Shown: piece after piece, positions 29,371 through 38,225 of the stretch
How positions within the stretch are numbered: position 1 is the first letter of the stretch
Layout: each line of letters starts with the position of its first letter
Origin: Eubacteriales bacterium
GTDB taxonomy: Bacteria; Bacillota; Clostridia; Oscillospirales; UBA644
Direction of reading: 5' to 3'
Length of the DNA: 64,000 nucleotides
Assembly (NCBI GenBank): GCA_045543655.1
Contig: JAZPXN010000027.1
Coordinates: forward strand, 64,710 to 128,709
Program-made: the position numbers and the translations under genes
The notes under the pieces: model-generated
Databases searched by the model: none
Seen by the model: the letters and a program-made list of their open reading frames with translations, nothing else
Told to the model about the DNA's origin: nothing

Positions 29371-29396
29371 AAACAGCCTCCTTGGATGAAATCCGA

Positions 29397-29444
29397 AAAA
29401 AGATAAAAAAATGCATAATGAGACCCTGAGATCCCATTATGCAT
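29397..29444 (-). terminator. Terminator after the ferredoxin gene
   Basis: ATGCATAATGGG...CTCATTATGCAT stem (one mismatch), followed by T7 on the - strand. Confidence 0.75.
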
Positions 29445-29455
29445 TCGTGCGTTGA

Positions 29456-29629
29456 TTATTCCGCAGGATTGGGAGCGCCGACGGGGCAAGCTTCCGCACA
29501 GGAGCCGCAGTCGATGCAATCATCGGAAGAGATGACGTATTTGCCGTCCTTTTCAGCGATGGCGGAAACGGGGCAAGCTTCGACACAAGCACCGCAAGCG
29601 ATGCATTCGTCAGAAATCTGATAAGCCAT
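29456..29629 (-). CDS. 2x[4Fe-4S] clostridial-type ferredoxin (57 aa)
   Basis: My translation is MAYQISDECIACGACVEACPVSAIAEKDGKYVISSDDCIDCGSCAEACPVGAPNPAE, with two CxxCxxCxxxCP motifs. AAGGAGG lies upstream of the ATG. It falls below the ORF-track length cutoff; the listed 29437-29673 ORF is in the wrong frame. Confidence 0.9.
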   Translation of the reverse strand: MAYQISDECIACGACVEACPVSAIAEKDGKYVISSDDCIDCGSCAEACPVGAPNPAE

Positions 29630-29682
29630 GATAAGTACCTCCTTAAATGTTCGGGTATCACAACGATACTCATGATAAACCT

Positions 29683-29711
29683 ATTATAGCACGATTTTTC
29701 CTATTCGTCAA
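29683..29711 (-). promoter_or_regulatory. Sigma-A promoter of the ferredoxin gene
   Basis: Read on the - strand: TTGACG (29711-29706), 17 nt, TGCTATAAT (-10 at 29688-29683). Confidence 0.65.
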
Positions 29712-29866
29712 GAGGGAAAATCGAACTTTTTCGTCAAATATGGCGGTTTTTTCACCGGATGGGGATCCAATCCTTTCAAAACAGGGCGGTCGCAAAAAAA
29801 CGACGCCGTATTAAAATCACGACCAAGACGCCATGGAAAACGCTTAGAAAACCGACAAAACCGCGC

Positions 29867-30073
29867 TTATGCAAGGGATTTCGAAGTCTTCTTTCTCAGA
29901 AACACCCACGATACGCAAACGCCGCCGGCAAGGAGAAGAACGCCTCCGACGGTTCCGGCAATCGCCCAGCCGTTAAGACCGGGCTTTTCTTCCGCGATCA
30001 CCGGCGGAACGTAGTTTTTCAGCATTTCTTCGTATTCTGCAAGGGTCAAAGGCGTTCCGTTATTATAGCACAT
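29867..30073 (-). CDS. Possible small tail-anchored membrane protein (68 aa)
   Basis: The internal Met of ORF 29867-30322 lies just downstream of the dehydrogenase stop. It has a C-terminal TM helix (WAIAGTVGGVLLLAGGVCVSWVFL) followed by RKK. No clear SD. Confidence 0.3.
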   Translation of the reverse strand: MCYNNGTPLTLAEYEEMLKNYVPPVIAEEKPGLNGWAIAGTVGGVLLLAGGVCVSWVFLRKKTSKSLA

Positions 30074-30095
30074 TTCAGAAGATTTGTCAATAAGA

Positions 30096-31040
30096 TCAGA
30101 CGATACGGTTTTGGGTGCCGCCGGCGTAGAAATCCCGCATGTTTTCCGCCATGATGCGGACGCAACGGTTCCGGGCCTCGGCGCTGCCCCAGGCCATGTG
30201 AGGGGTGAGGCACACGTTCTCCCGGCCGAGGATCCGGGTAAAGGGATGATCTGCAGAGAAGGGCTCCAAGGAATACACGTCCACCCCAAGGCCGCCCAGA
30301 CGGCCCTTTTCCACGGCTTCAACCACGGCTTCCTCGTCGGTGACGGCGCCCCGTGCCACGTTGATGAGAAGGGCGCCGGGCTTCATCAGCGCAATGCGCT
30401 CCCGGCTGATCATGCCCCGGGTAGAATCGGAGAGGGGAACGTGGAGCGAGATAATATCCGACCGGCGGCACAGCTCGTCAATATCTACCTGCTCGAAACG
30501 GTCGTCGGCCTTCCGACGGCACATCAGCACCTTGCACCCCATAGCCTCGGCCACACGGGCAACCTTTCCGCCGATGCCGCCGCCTCCCACCACGCCCCAG
30601 GTCATGGAGGAAATCTCGTGATAGACGGGGGTCAGCTTATTGGCAACGCCGGAAGCGGAATAAGAGCCGTCGTTCACGTACTGATTATAGGCGGGCAGAT
30701 GGGTGGCAAGGGACAAGGCCATAGCGAGGGTCAGCTGAGCCACGCTGTCGGTGGAGTAGCCGGGGACGTTGCAGAGAGCGATGCCGTTGGCCTTACAGTA
30801 TTCCGTGTCGATATTATCGTATCCGGTGGCGGCGACGCAGATGAGCTTCACCGGCGTTCCGGCCAGGTTGGATTGGTTGAGTTTGATTTTATTGATAACC
30901 ACCACGTCGGCGTCGGCAAGGCGGGGAGAAACTTCCTCGGGGGCGGTGGTGGAATATTCCACCGTCTCCCCCACGGCGCGGATGGGGCTGAGATCCACGT
31001 CGGAGCCCAGGGTGGCGGCGTCAAGAATTGCAATTTTCAT
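30096..31040 (-). CDS. D-isomer-specific 2-hydroxyacid dehydrogenase (glycerate/hydroxypyruvate reductase-like)
   Basis: NAD-binding motif GVVGGGGIGGKVA and a catalytic R/E/H-containing C-terminal half (NVARG, LTPHMA). Confidence 0.85.
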   Translation of the reverse strand: MKIAILDAATLGSDVDLSPIRAVGETVEYSTTAPEEVSPRLADADVVVINKIKLNQSNLAGTPVKLICVAATGYDNIDTEYCKANGIALCNVPGYSTDSVAQLTLAMALSLATHLPAYNQYVNDGSYSASGVANKLTPVYHEISSMTWGVVGGGGIGGKVARVAEAMGCKVLMCRRKADDRFEQVDIDELCRRSDIISLHVPLSDSTRGMISRERIALMKPGALLINVARGAVTDEEAVVEAVEKGRLGGLGVDVYSLEPFSADHPFTRILGRENVCLTPHMAWGSAEARNRCVRIMAENMRDFYAGGTQNRIV

Positions 31041-31177
31041 AGCATACGATCCTTCCGTGATTTCTTTTCTTCATTATAGCACAGTTTTTGGAAAAATACA
31101 AGCCCCGAAACGAAAAAAGATCCGCAAGCGTAAAGGCCCGCGGATCTTTCTTTATGGAGAAAAAAACAGAAAACGGT

Positions 31178-32215
31178 TTAATTCCGGAAACGGTAAGCCT
31201 GAACGGGACACCCGGACACGGCATCCTTATCCACCGCCACCGCCGCGACCCAGCCGGCCATAGCGCAATCTCCGGACTCCGGCGCGATGGTCTCCACGGA
31301 AATCGTACAGACGCCGTTCGCGATGGAGCAATGATGGATGCGGTGGGTATTGGAGCTGCTGTTTTCGGAGAGATAGATCAGAATCAGAGCCTTTTCCTTG
31401 AAAAATTCGTCGTCGTAATCTCCGGGGAAGCGGGTAAAAAGCTCCGATTGATTCCAGATCCCGCCGTTCACGCAGGTATCGGAGGCGAGAAGCTCGGAAA
31501 GAAAGGACTGAAGGTCCTTTTTATCGGTAAAAACGCGGAGAGGCAGCGACCCCCAGTAATTCGCTTCTCCCGGGGAGAAGAAAGAAGCATTGTCGCCGTT
31601 GCCGTCGATACGGACGAATTCAGCACGGTAGGATTGCTCCCCCTCCGGAGGAAGGACGCGACAGACGGTGACCGACCGGACGTTGGCAATGCGGGCGGGG
31701 TAGCACTCCTGGATCTCCCCGGTATAAGCCACGAGCACCGGATCCCCCACACGGATCTGATCGGGCGTGATCTCATTTTCTCCCAAAATCAGCGCCGTAT
31801 GCTCACCGAGAACGAGGGAGAACTCGTAGCGGTAATTCAGCTCGTTGGTATCGAACCCGTCCACGAGAAGAGAATCCTCCCGCGCCTCGGTGACGGTGGC
31901 GTAAAAGGTATGGGGCGCAGGAAACATCTCCTGCAGAGCGGGATTCCGATCCACCTCCGCTTCCCACAGCTGGTCAAGAGAAAGGCCGGCCTTATCCATG
32001 GGATAGAATCGCCACGCGGAATAGACCTCAAGGCCGTCGGCGGCGTTTTCTGCAGGAAGCAGTCGGTTCCAGCGGACGAGACGGTAGGTCAGAGCGCGGA
32101 AATCCCGGGTTCCCCCGTCGTCGTAATGACCGGCGGGAAGAGGGAAAAAGAGAACGGCACAAAGCAGAAGGACGGCGACGGAAAGGGTAATAATCAATTT
32201 CTTTTTCACGGTCAT
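31178..32215 (-). CDS. Exported / membrane-anchored protein of unknown function, third gene of the ECF sigma module
   Basis: N-terminal signal/anchor MTVKKKLIITLSVAVLLLCAVLFF. ATG at 32215 overlaps the upstream stop (ATGA). Confidence 0.65.
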   Translation of the reverse strand: MTVKKKLIITLSVAVLLLCAVLFFPLPAGHYDDGGTRDFRALTYRLVRWNRLLPAENAADGLEVYSAWRFYPMDKAGLSLDQLWEAEVDRNPALQEMFPAPHTFYATVTEAREDSLLVDGFDTNELNYRYEFSLVLGEHTALILGENEITPDQIRVGDPVLVAYTGEIQECYPARIANVRSVTVCRVLPPEGEQSYRAEFVRIDGNGDNASFFSPGEANYWGSLPLRVFTDKKDLQSFLSELLASDTCVNGGIWNQSELFTRFPGDYDDEFFKEKALILIYLSENSSSNTHRIHHCSIANGVCTISVETIAPESGDCAMAGWVAAVAVDKDAVSGCPVQAYRFRN

Positions 32216-32826
32216 TCCTCCTCTCCGAACAGAGCCCACAGTTCTTCAAACTGAGCCTCGGTCAGGGGATATTCGGTCTTATCGACGGTGACGGCGTATT
32301 CTTTGAGACGGTAGGTCTTCGAAACGTTCCCCACGACGACGGTAAAGATGCATTCGCGACCGTCGGGGGCTACGGGATTCGGAAAGCCGGTAGACACGAA
32401 ATACTGGTCGGAGCCCTTGGACGCATCGTCGGTAGCGGGAAAGGTCTCCGGGGCGACGTCGTGGGAGGCATCGGCAGAGGTTCCGGAAGAGACGATTTTA
32501 TCGTTCTCATAATTATCGAAAACCGCATCGCGGTCGTCTTCAGGCAACGGGGCGTATTTTCCGAGAGCCTCCATGCGGATCGCAACGGCGTCTCCGTCAG
32601 CGACGGTTCGGTCTCCAACGTAAATATAAACGATCACGTCCCCCGCTTCCGGGGCTTTTTCCCCGTTGAAACGGTCGGCGGTAGGGGGCAGAAGCCAGAA
32701 CGCCCCCAGAAGAAGCACGCAGGCCGCCGTTGCGGACAGGGCGGATACCGTCCTGCGGCGTCTGCGAAGAAGAGCGGTCTTCCGGCGAAGAATCTCCTCC
32801 CGGAATTGCGTATCGGATCTCATCAT
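32212..32826 (-). CDS. Single-pass membrane protein, putative anti-sigma factor partner
   Basis: Short cytoplasmic N-terminus, an R-rich stop-transfer segment plus TM (VSALSATAACVLLLGAFWLL), then an extracytoplasmic domain. ATGA overlap with the sigma gene. Confidence 0.5.
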   Translation of the reverse strand: MMRSDTQFREEILRRKTALLRRRRRTVSALSATAACVLLLGAFWLLPPTADRFNGEKAPEAGDVIVYIYVGDRTVADGDAVAIRMEALGKYAPLPEDDRDAVFDNYENDKIVSSGTSADASHDVAPETFPATDDASKGSDQYFVSTGFPNPVAPDGRECIFTVVVGNVSKTYRLKEYAVTVDKTEYPLTEAQFEELWALFGEEE

Positions 32827-33368
32827 AGCGTATAACCTTCCTTTCCCAATTGCTCCCGCAGAATGCCTTTGGCGCGGTAGAGAAGATTATCGATACGTTT
32901 CTTGTCCTTTTTCAGAACTTTTGCCGCCTCTTCGTAGGAAAGGCCTTCGAAATACACCAGATGCACCGCCGCCCGCATTTCCTCCGGAAGGCGAGCCAAA
33001 GCGGCGTTCAAAAGGCGCTTCTCCTCGTCGGCCAGCACCGTCTCCTCCAGCGTTTCCCGGTCTTCCCCACCCTCAGCCTCGGAAAGGTCGGTTTCGGGGA
33101 AACGGTTCCGGTGCCGAAGCCAATCCAACGCCCGGGAGCGTCCCAACATAAAAAGATAGGTTTTCAGGGAGACCCGAAAATGATAGCGGCGGGGATGGGT
33201 AAGAACGAAGACGAAAACGTCGATGGCCAGATCCTCCGCCACGGTAATATTCCCCACGTAGCGGTGAATGAAAAAGGTCAGGGCGTACCGATACTCTTTC
33301 CAGATCTCGTCAAAGGCGTCGGGGGCACCGGCGAGAAAACGGCGGTAGCTACTTTCACCGTATTCCAT
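32823..33368 (-). CDS. RNA polymerase sigma-70 family, ECF-type sigma factor
   Basis: Region 2 (FIHRYVGNITVAEDLAIDVF) and region 4 (VYFEGLSYEEAAKVL). ATG at 33368 follows AGGAGGTG. Confidence 0.85.
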   Translation of the reverse strand: MEYGESSYRRFLAGAPDAFDEIWKEYRYALTFFIHRYVGNITVAEDLAIDVFVFVLTHPRRYHFRVSLKTYLFMLGRSRALDWLRHRNRFPETDLSEAEGGEDRETLEETVLADEEKRLLNAALARLPEEMRAAVHLVYFEGLSYEEAAKVLKKDKKRIDNLLYRAKGILREQLGKEGYTL

Positions 33369-33460
33369 GGGGCACCTCCTGATCAGAAAGAATTTCCTTT
33401 TCACCTCTTATACGAACGGGAAGGCGAAAATCCTTACGAAAAATTTCAATCCATGCAAAT

Positions 33461-33489
33461 ATTATATCATATTGAGGAAAAATCGTCAA
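33461..33489 (-). promoter_or_regulatory. Sigma-A promoter of the ECF sigma operon
   Basis: Read on the - strand: TTGACG (33489-33484), 17 nt, TATAAT (33466-33461). Confidence 0.6.
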
Positions 33490-33496
33490 GACGGTC

Positions 33497-33525
33497 TTGA
33501 CACGGCGGAGAAAATGTGCTATGAT
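33497..33525 (+). promoter_or_regulatory. Sigma-A promoter of ogt-araC
   Basis: TTGACA (33497-33502), 17 nt, TGCTATGAT (-10 at 33520-33525). Its -35 and the divergent -35 form the palindrome GTCAAGACGGTCTTGAC. Confidence 0.6.
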
Positions 33526-33549
33526 AAAAGAAAAATTGAGGATTTTTGC

Positions 33550-34005
33550 ATGATATCGGCGGTTTTTGAGACGAAAATAGGCAATTTTGCAATCGAAGAG
33601 GAAAACGGCGAGATCCGAAGACTTGCCGCCACCGAAGCGTCGGTACGGGGAGAATTATCCCCCCTGGGCGAAAGGGCGAAGAATCAGCTGGAGGAATATT
33701 TCGAAGGCCGACGGAGGATCTTCGACCTGCCCTGCGCGCCGGAAGGCACCCCCTTTCGGACCGCCGTATGGAGAATTCTGCAAACCGTTCCTTACGGAGA
33801 AACCCGGTCTTACCGTTGGGTTGCCGAGCAGACGGGCAATCCCAAGGCCTGCAGAGCCGTGGGAGGGGCAATCCACGACAATCCCATCCTGATCGTGATC
33901 CCCTGTCACCGCATCGTCGGGGCTGACGGGAGTCTGACGGGATTCGGCGCCGGAATCGACCTGAAGAAGCGCTTGCTGAATCTGGAACGAGGAGAGAACC
34001 TATGA
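33550..34005 (+). CDS. ogt: Methylated-DNA--protein-cysteine methyltransferase
   Basis: Active-site PCHRIV and a DNA-binding helix region (YRWVAEQTGNPKACRAVG). ATG at 33550 follows GAGGA. Confidence 0.9.
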   Translation: MISAVFETKIGNFAIEEENGEIRRLAATEASVRGELSPLGERAKNQLEEYFEGRRRIFDLPCAPEGTPFRTAVWRILQTVPYGETRSYRWVAEQTGNPKACRAVGGAIHDNPILIVIPCHRIVGADGSLTGFGAGIDLKKRLLNLERGENL

Positions 34006-34832
34006 GCAACCAACGCAAAATACGCATCCCGGATACGGCAGGATTTGAAATGACTTATTATTACAACCGGGAAAATGAGGAAATAGAGGCGCGGCGCTTT
34101 CCCACCCACGTTCACGACATTCCCGAGCTGTATATTCTGGCGGAAGGGGCTTGCAGCTTTGCCGTGGAAAACCGGGTCTACCGACTGGAGCCCGGGGACG
34201 TCGTCATATCCCGTCCCAACGAAATGCACAACTGCATTCTGACCGAGCCCTCCCGGCATCAGCACCTTTGCTTCTGGTTTGATCCGGATTTCGTCCTGTT
34301 GGACCGGATTCTGGATTCCTGCTCCTCCCTGGGGAATCTCATCTCCCCTCCGCCGGAAAAAAAGAAGCGGATTCTTGAGCTGTGCGACGCACTGGACAAA
34401 GCGGGAAAGCAGGAACGGCACCGAAGAGAATACGCCCTCGTCTGTCTTCTTCTCTGCGAGATCGAAGAGAGCATCGGTACGGGAGAATCGGCCACGGCGG
34501 CGGTCCCGGAGCAGCTTTCGGGAATCCTGCGGGATATCAGCGACAATTTTCAAAGCATCGAATCGCTGGACTACTTCACCGATAAATATTTTCTGAGCGC
34601 TTCCACCCTGGGGCGGATGTTCCGCACCCATCTGCATACCACCCCGCGGGCCTATCTGGAGACGAAAAAGCTGGCCTATTCCCGGATTCTTCTGCGGGAA
34701 GGAAGCCCGGTCTCGGAGGCCTGCCGAAAGGCGGGATTTTCCGACGTATCCGGATACATCCGGCTTTTCCGCAAGCGGTTCGGCGTGACGCCGGGAGAAT
34801 ACAAACGGGGCGCCGCAATCAAAGATTATTAA
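34002..34832 (+). CDS. AraC family transcriptional regulator (cupin N-domain + HTH)
   Basis: C-terminal AraC HTH (STLGRMFRTHLHTTPRAYL...AGFSDVSGYIRLFRKRFGVTPGEY). ATGA overlap with ogt. Confidence 0.85.
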   Translation: MSNQRKIRIPDTAGFEMTYYYNRENEEIEARRFPTHVHDIPELYILAEGACSFAVENRVYRLEPGDVVISRPNEMHNCILTEPSRHQHLCFWFDPDFVLLDRILDSCSSLGNLISPPPEKKKRILELCDALDKAGKQERHRREYALVCLLLCEIEESIGTGESATAAVPEQLSGILRDISDNFQSIESLDYFTDKYFLSASTLGRMFRTHLHTTPRAYLETKKLAYSRILLREGSPVSEACRKAGFSDVSGYIRLFRKRFGVTPGEYKRGAAIKDY

Positions 34833-34840
34833 AAAAACGA

Positions 34841-34876
34841 GAGAGAACAAGACGGCAGATCTTGTTCTCTCTTTTT
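34841..34876. terminator. Bidirectional terminator
   Basis: GAGAGAACAAG (34841-34851) / CTTGTTCTCTC (34861-34871), an 11-bp perfect stem, followed by T5. Confidence 0.85.
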
Positions 34877-34893
34877 ATATACCAATCAATAAT

Positions 34894-36162
34894 TTATTCT
34901 CCCCGCTTGGGCAGTTTACGCACCACGAGATTGACGTAAAGGAAGCATCCGATGACCAGAAGGAAGCTCAGGAAGGACACCACCTGCTGGGCGTAGATGC
35001 CAAGCCCCAGAAAGCCGTTCTCCAAAGATTGGATCCAGTCCACCAGAAATCCCGCAAGGAAGGTGGAAAGAAAGCCGAGAACGCCGCAGATGCCGGAGCT
35101 GAAGGCAAGGGCGAGGGTGCGATGCTCCGGGTTCACGTAATCGTAAATCAGGTTGATCATGGCACTGTTCAGTCCAGCCATGGAGATGGCGTACAGAACG
35201 TAATAGACGATGAAGAAGATGCGGCCGAACCCGGGAGCGGCAAAGGAATTGATCAGAAACGCAGCGCCGACGAGGATATAGCAGACGTTGAGCATGGAGG
35301 CAAAGGATTTTTTATCGGCATAGCGACCGAGCACCCGGGAAAAAACCGATCGGACGACGGCGTAAACAATTCCAAGCACCGAAACGAAGGTCATGGAAAA
35401 ACCAAGCTCCTTGATCTGATAAGTGCCGTAAAAGGGAGTGGAAATATAATGGGAGACGCTCCAGAGGGCGTTCATGCCGATCACCAGGAAAAACGTCCCG
35501 GTATACTTGCGGTCGGCAAACATGGCGCGGATGGAAACGTGATGCTTACTCTCCACCGGCTTTTCATCGGATAAAAGCAGGGTCAGGGTATGAAGAATCA
35601 TCAGTCCCGCAATGGTGGCCCCGCCTACGAGAAAGGCGGCGGTCACGTTGCCGGAGGCTTCGAAATAATCGTAAAGCGCCCCCATAACATAGGAAAAGAT
35701 CATACCGGAAATGAGGGACACGATCTCCTTATTTGCGGTGAAAACGCCCCGCTTGTGATCGTCCACGAGCGACATGAACCAGTTGGTCTTCGAGGGCATC
35801 AGAACGTTGCCGAGGATATGCCCCGAAAGGAGAAAAACGATAAAAAGAGCACCCTTCACCGCCGTGGAAAAGGGAAAGAGGGGCGTGAACCACACCAGCG
35901 AAAAAAGGCATTGATTCAGCACGTGAAGGCCGGTGACCCATTTTTTGACGGGGGTTTTATCCCGGAGCAGCAGCGCCAGCAGCTGAAAGGCCTGCCCCAG
36001 GGATAAAAAGGAAGTGATGATACCGACGGTACCGTCGGAAAACCCGATCGCGGTGGCGACCTTGGCGATATAGGCGCCGCCGATGAGAATGGAAATAAAA
36101 TATTCCAGCGCGGCCTCGATAATATACATCAGCCGACTCCGGGCGTAATTCGGTTTTTTCAT
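34894..36162 (-). CDS. MFS transporter
   Basis: Hydrophobic profile consistent with about 12 TM helices. ATG at 36162 follows GAGGT. Confidence 0.8.
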   Translation of the reverse strand: MKKPNYARSRLMYIIEAALEYFISILIGGAYIAKVATAIGFSDGTVGIITSFLSLGQAFQLLALLLRDKTPVKKWVTGLHVLNQCLFSLVWFTPLFPFSTAVKGALFIVFLLSGHILGNVLMPSKTNWFMSLVDDHKRGVFTANKEIVSLISGMIFSYVMGALYDYFEASGNVTAAFLVGGATIAGLMILHTLTLLLSDEKPVESKHHVSIRAMFADRKYTGTFFLVIGMNALWSVSHYISTPFYGTYQIKELGFSMTFVSVLGIVYAVVRSVFSRVLGRYADKKSFASMLNVCYILVGAAFLINSFAAPGFGRIFFIVYYVLYAISMAGLNSAMINLIYDYVNPEHRTLALAFSSGICGVLGFLSTFLAGFLVDWIQSLENGFLGLGIYAQQVVSFLSFLLVIGCFLYVNLVVRKLPKRGE

Positions 36163-36341
36163 AAGCAACCTCGCAGTTTCGCTTGAAATCAATTCATTAT
36201 ACCACAATCAAAACCCCAAAAGATATGGATTTTTCATCAAAAAATAGGCAAATTCGGTCAACTTTTCCCAAAATTCCGTTTTCACGATAAAAAGAGCCGC
36301 TCCCGGGGGAACGGCTCGATGGATTTTGCTCCGACGTTCAG

Positions 36342-36887
36342 TTACAGATATCCGCCTTCGGCGGGAGGCATGGCCTGATATTCGGGGGTATTCCGGACAA
36401 AGTCCCGCATGAAATCCACGAAGGCGACGAAATCCGCGCCCCATTTCACCTGAGGGTATTTCCTTGCGGTATCGTCCCCCTTGATATGGTGCATTTTTCC
36501 GTTTTCCGTAACGACGATATTGTAGGTCACGAGAGGGATCATAAAGATTTCATTGCCGTCCGTCGCCAGATTCTTTGCCGTGGCGTCGGTGGGCATGGAG
36601 AACATATTCAGCTCCACCAATTTCGTGTAGATTTTGGCCTTATCGTTCTTCGTGACGGTCAGCACCCGGGTCTCGGTGCCGGCGGCAACCAGATCCTTGG
36701 TGATCTCGTTGTGATAGGTATCGTAGGAATTCTTCTCCCCCACGCCCCAGCAGAAGCTGATATTGAAATCCTCGGGCGGCTCCAAAAGCCCCTCGTCGAT
36801 CTTCTCTTCTCCGCAGGCGGCAAAAAGTCCCGCCGAAAGCGCAAGCAGAAGACATAGACACAGCGATTTGAGCAGCAATTTTTTCAT
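36342..36887 (-). CDS. Lipoprotein of unknown function (short paralog)
   Basis: Lipobox LFAAC after MKKLLLKSLCLCLLLALSAG. It is homologous to the C-terminal domain of the upstream lipoprotein and ends in TPEYQAMPPAEGGYL. The longer listed ORF (to 37115) runs into the neighbouring gene. Confidence 0.75.
   Translation of the reverse strand: MKKLLLKSLCLCLLLALSAGLFAACGEEKIDEGLLEPPEDFNISFCWGVGEKNSYDTYHNEITKDLVAAGTETRVLTVTKNDKAKIYTKLVELNMFSMPTDATAKNLATDGNEIFMIPLVTYNIVVTENGKMHHIKGDDTARKYPQVKWGADFVAFVDFMRDFVRNTPEYQAMPPAEGGYL
36358..36390. repeat. 33-nt exact direct repeat, copy A (3' end of the short lipoprotein gene)
   Basis: TCGGCGGGAGGCATGGCCTGATATTCGGGGGTA is identical to 36924-36956. Confidence 0.95.
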
Positions 36888-36907
36888 AAGATCCGTCCTT
36901 TCCATTT

Positions 36908-38191
36908 TCACATATATCCACCCTCGGCGGGAGGCATGGCCTGATATTCGGGGGTAGATTCCACGTAGGAGATGACGTAATCCAAAAACGAAGTGACATT
37001 TCGGGCCTGGGGATGATTCGGATAAAAGGCCATCAGCTGACTTCCCTGAATCCGATAGGAGGTGCCGTTCAGCGTAAAACGGATATCGTAGAGCGTGCAG
37101 GGCTTCATACTCCACTTCGGTTCTCCCTCCGCGGCAAGATTCGGCGGGTACATCCCCTCGGTCACCGACGTGAGATCACACGCCATCAGCTTCGTGTAGA
37201 TCCGGTTTTTCATATCCTCGGACAGGACGAAATCCACCGTCTTCGTTCCGGCGACGACCAGATCCTTGGTCAGCGTGCCATTGTAGGTATTGACGGAATT
37301 CCAATGGGATCGCAGACCAACCCCGTATTCCACGGAAAAATCAAAATCCGCAGGGGTCGTCAGCACCTCGGGGACCTCGTATTGCGGATGGGAGGAAAAA
37401 TCGATATCGGGGTTCTGAACGAAGGCCTTCAGATCCTCGTAGCGGAAGACGTAGTTAAACGAATATTCCAGTTCCTTCCATATGGGGTCGGACTCCAGGA
37501 AATTCTCTTCCAGCTCCTTCAGCAGTTCGGGATCGTCGTACCGGGGCACGAAATCCGCAACGGATTCCCCGAAACGATCGTAAAGAACGACCAGATAAGT
37601 CTCCCCCGCATCGCTGCGGACAACGTAAAACACAACGCCGTTCGACGAGGCGCTGTAGGAATTTTCATATTCCGCAAGTTCCAAATCCATCGGATACAAA
37701 AACAAAACCACTTCGTTGCCGTAGGTAAACGCCGGAATTCCGATTCCCACAGAGGGAGCGTACCGGGCGGCGTACCCCTGGGAAAGAAAAATCTTCTCCG
37801 GAAGATCTCCCTCCCACGCATCCATGACGGCGGCGCTATAGCGACAATAACCATCCCCCGTAGCAAGGCAATGCTCCACCCGGACGTGGACCAAGAAATT
37901 ATAGTCGTTCCGCACCACACTGGCAAAGGATAGCCCCGGCGAAAATCCACGCAGAGGAAAATCGTCATCCCACAGGCGTTGCTCCGGCAATACGGGATTT
38001 TCGTCATCCGCCTTCGGGAGCGGCAATTTTTCTCCGACGGCATCCACGGAATCCGAAACAGACCCCGTCGCACCGTCCGTCCCGGAAGAATCGGTATTCT
38101 GCGGCCGGCCTTCCGTGCAGGCGGCCAGCCCAAAGATAAACGTGAGGATCAAAAGCAGACACAGGAGCTTTGACAGCGTTCGTTTTTTCAC
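36908..38191 (-). CDS. Lipoprotein of unknown function (long paralog)
   Basis: GTG start, then signal peptide plus lipobox (FGLAAC). The C-terminal ~150 aa are homologous to the downstream gene and end in TPEYQAMPPAEGGYM. Confidence 0.75.
   Translation of the reverse strand: MKKRTLSKLLCLLLILTFIFGLAACTEGRPQNTDSSGTDGATGSVSDSVDAVGEKLPLPKADDENPVLPEQRLWDDDFPLRGFSPGLSFASVVRNDYNFLVHVRVEHCLATGDGYCRYSAAVMDAWEGDLPEKIFLSQGYAARYAPSVGIGIPAFTYGNEVVLFLYPMDLELAEYENSYSASSNGVVFYVVRSDAGETYLVVLYDRFGESVADFVPRYDDPELLKELEENFLESDPIWKELEYSFNYVFRYEDLKAFVQNPDIDFSSHPQYEVPEVLTTPADFDFSVEYGVGLRSHWNSVNTYNGTLTKDLVVAGTKTVDFVLSEDMKNRIYTKLMACDLTSVTEGMYPPNLAAEGEPKWSMKPCTLYDIRFTLNGTSYRIQGSQLMAFYPNHPQARNVTSFLDYVISYVESTPEYQAMPPAEGGYM
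36924..36956. repeat. 33-nt exact direct repeat, copy B (3' end of the long lipoprotein gene)
   Basis: Identical to 36358-36390. Confidence 0.95.
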
Positions 38192-38225
38192 GGAAGATCA
38201 GTCCTTTCCACTATTTTACACTTCT

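Noticed and set aside
29437-29673. Listed 78-aa - strand ORF (MSIVVIPEHLRR...).
   Set aside because: It is in the wrong reading frame. A different frame of the same strand encodes a textbook 2x[4Fe-4S] ferredoxin with an SD, promoter and terminator.
29867-30322. 151-aa version of the small ORF, overlapping the 3' end of the 2-hydroxyacid dehydrogenase gene.
   Set aside because: Its N-terminal 83 aa overlap the dehydrogenase coding region in another frame and look like shadow sequence. Only the distal 68-aa part (29867-30073) is retained, at low confidence.
36342-37115. 257-aa extended form of the short lipoprotein ORF, running into the upstream lipoprotein gene.
   Set aside because: The extension overlaps the 3' end of gene 36908-38191 and lacks a signal peptide. 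The internal Met at 36887 gives a proper signal peptide and lipobox just after the neighbour's stop.
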